A stretch of DNA of 64,000 bases, taken from contig CAZDVY010000001.1 in assembly GCA_964508935.1 (NCBI GenBank), forward strand, positions 7,493-71,492, given 5' to 3'. The translations under genes were made by a program, and so were the position numbers. Origin of the DNA: an uncultured Candidatus Competibacteraceae bacterium (GTDB lineage Bacteria; Pseudomonadota; Gammaproteobacteria; Competibacterales; Competibacteraceae). The notes below the pieces were generated by a model, which was given only the letters and a program-made list of their open reading frames with translations, ran no database searches and had not been told where the DNA came from. Shown piece by piece: positions 63,598 to 64,000 of the stretch (its first letter is position 1; each line of letters begins with the position of its first letter).

Positions 63598-64000
63598 TTA
63601 CGCCCGGCCGGTGATTCGATCCCGCCAACAGCGCGCCCGTTGCACGGTCTCCACCAGATCCAGCGTAGTCAATTGCCGGTCGGCCAGTAAACGCCGGCCA
63701 GCGACCCAGACATCGGTCACCTGATGGCGGCCAGCGGCATAGACCAGGGTCGAAAGCGGATGATAAACCGGCTCGGTTTCCGGCGCGCCCAGATCGACAG
63801 CGATCACATCAGCAGATTTGCCCGGTTCCAGCGAACCGGTTTCTGCTGACAATCCCAAGGCCCGCGCCCCGTTGATGGTCGCCATGCGCAGCACCCGGGT
63901 AGCGGGCAGCGTGGCGGCGTCACCAGCCAGACTCTTGCCCAGCAGAGCGGCCAAGCGCATTTCACCGAACAGATCGAGATCATTATTGCTGGCGGCGCCG
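63598..64000 (-). CDS. Amidohydrolase, 5-methylthioadenosine/S-adenosylhomocysteine deaminase-like (MtaD/TRZ-ATZ family), C-terminal part; gene runs off the right edge
   Basis: The frame stays open upstream of the track Met (hand translation GAASNNDLDLFGEMRLAALLGK...). MATINGARALGL...GSLEPGKSADVIAVDL. Position upstream of ubiG as for PA3170-type mtaD. Confidence 0.75.
   Translation of the reverse strand, partial: GAASNNDLDLFGEMRLAALLGKSLAGDAATLPATRVLRMATINGARALGLSAETGSLEPGKSADVIAVDLGAPETEPVYHPLSTLVYAAGRHQVTDVWVAGRRLLADRQLTTLDLVETVQRARCWRDRITGRA

Overview
GC-rich (about 60% by eye) chromosomal segment with gammaproteobacterial, Pseudomonas-like gene order (maf / yceD-rpmF-plsX-fabH-fabG-acpP-fabF-mltG-tmk-holB-pilZ-tatD, and mtaD-ubiG-mupP). 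I call about 58 protein-coding genes, 4 hairpin/terminator candidates and 2 repeat features. I saw no rRNA, tRNA, CRISPR array, integrase or transposase. Blocks: (1) 1-8.5 kb, a neutral-lipid (wax ester/TAG) locus: fadD, TetR, patatin lipase, two WS/DGAT acyltransferases, an acyl-CoA-binding protein, a membrane-anchored repeat protein and a two-domain fatty acyl-CoA reductase. (2) bcp, then a PP2C phosphatase plus a receptor Ser/Thr kinase with an FGE-sulfatase ectodomain. (3) MaoC hydratase, etfBA, a long acyl-CoA dehydrogenase and malonyl-CoA decarboxylase. (4) gshA preceded by a 1035-aa single-polypeptide nuclease/N6-methyltransferase (Type IIG/ISP-like RM candidate) with a low-GC core. (5) an M17 aminopeptidase, hbd and crotonase. 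(6) the conserved rpmF-fab-tmk-holB string, which lacks fabD and pabC and carries a vapBC toxin-antitoxin pair inserted exactly between tmk and holB. (7) nudL, ppc, pgi, DUF218, DUF465. (8) 44.8-53.4 kb, the most unusual locus: PP2C plus a small membrane protein, divergent from a pseudokinase-FGE, an active kinase-FGE and a secreted LpoB/CsgG-like + 6x PEGA + POTRA-like protein. (9) maeA, an AT-rich intergenic island with nested inverted repeats, and two hypothetical genes. (10) asnS-kinase-FHA-FHA-PP2C in a tight co-directional string. (11) mupP/gph-ubiG-mtaD. My best candidate for an undescribed system is the paralogous receptor-kinase family (three active kinases and one pseudokinase, with three PP2C and two FHA partners), especially locus (8). 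All functional calls rest on motif and sequence recognition by eye from the supplied translations. No database search, HMM, RNA folding or computed GC profile was available.
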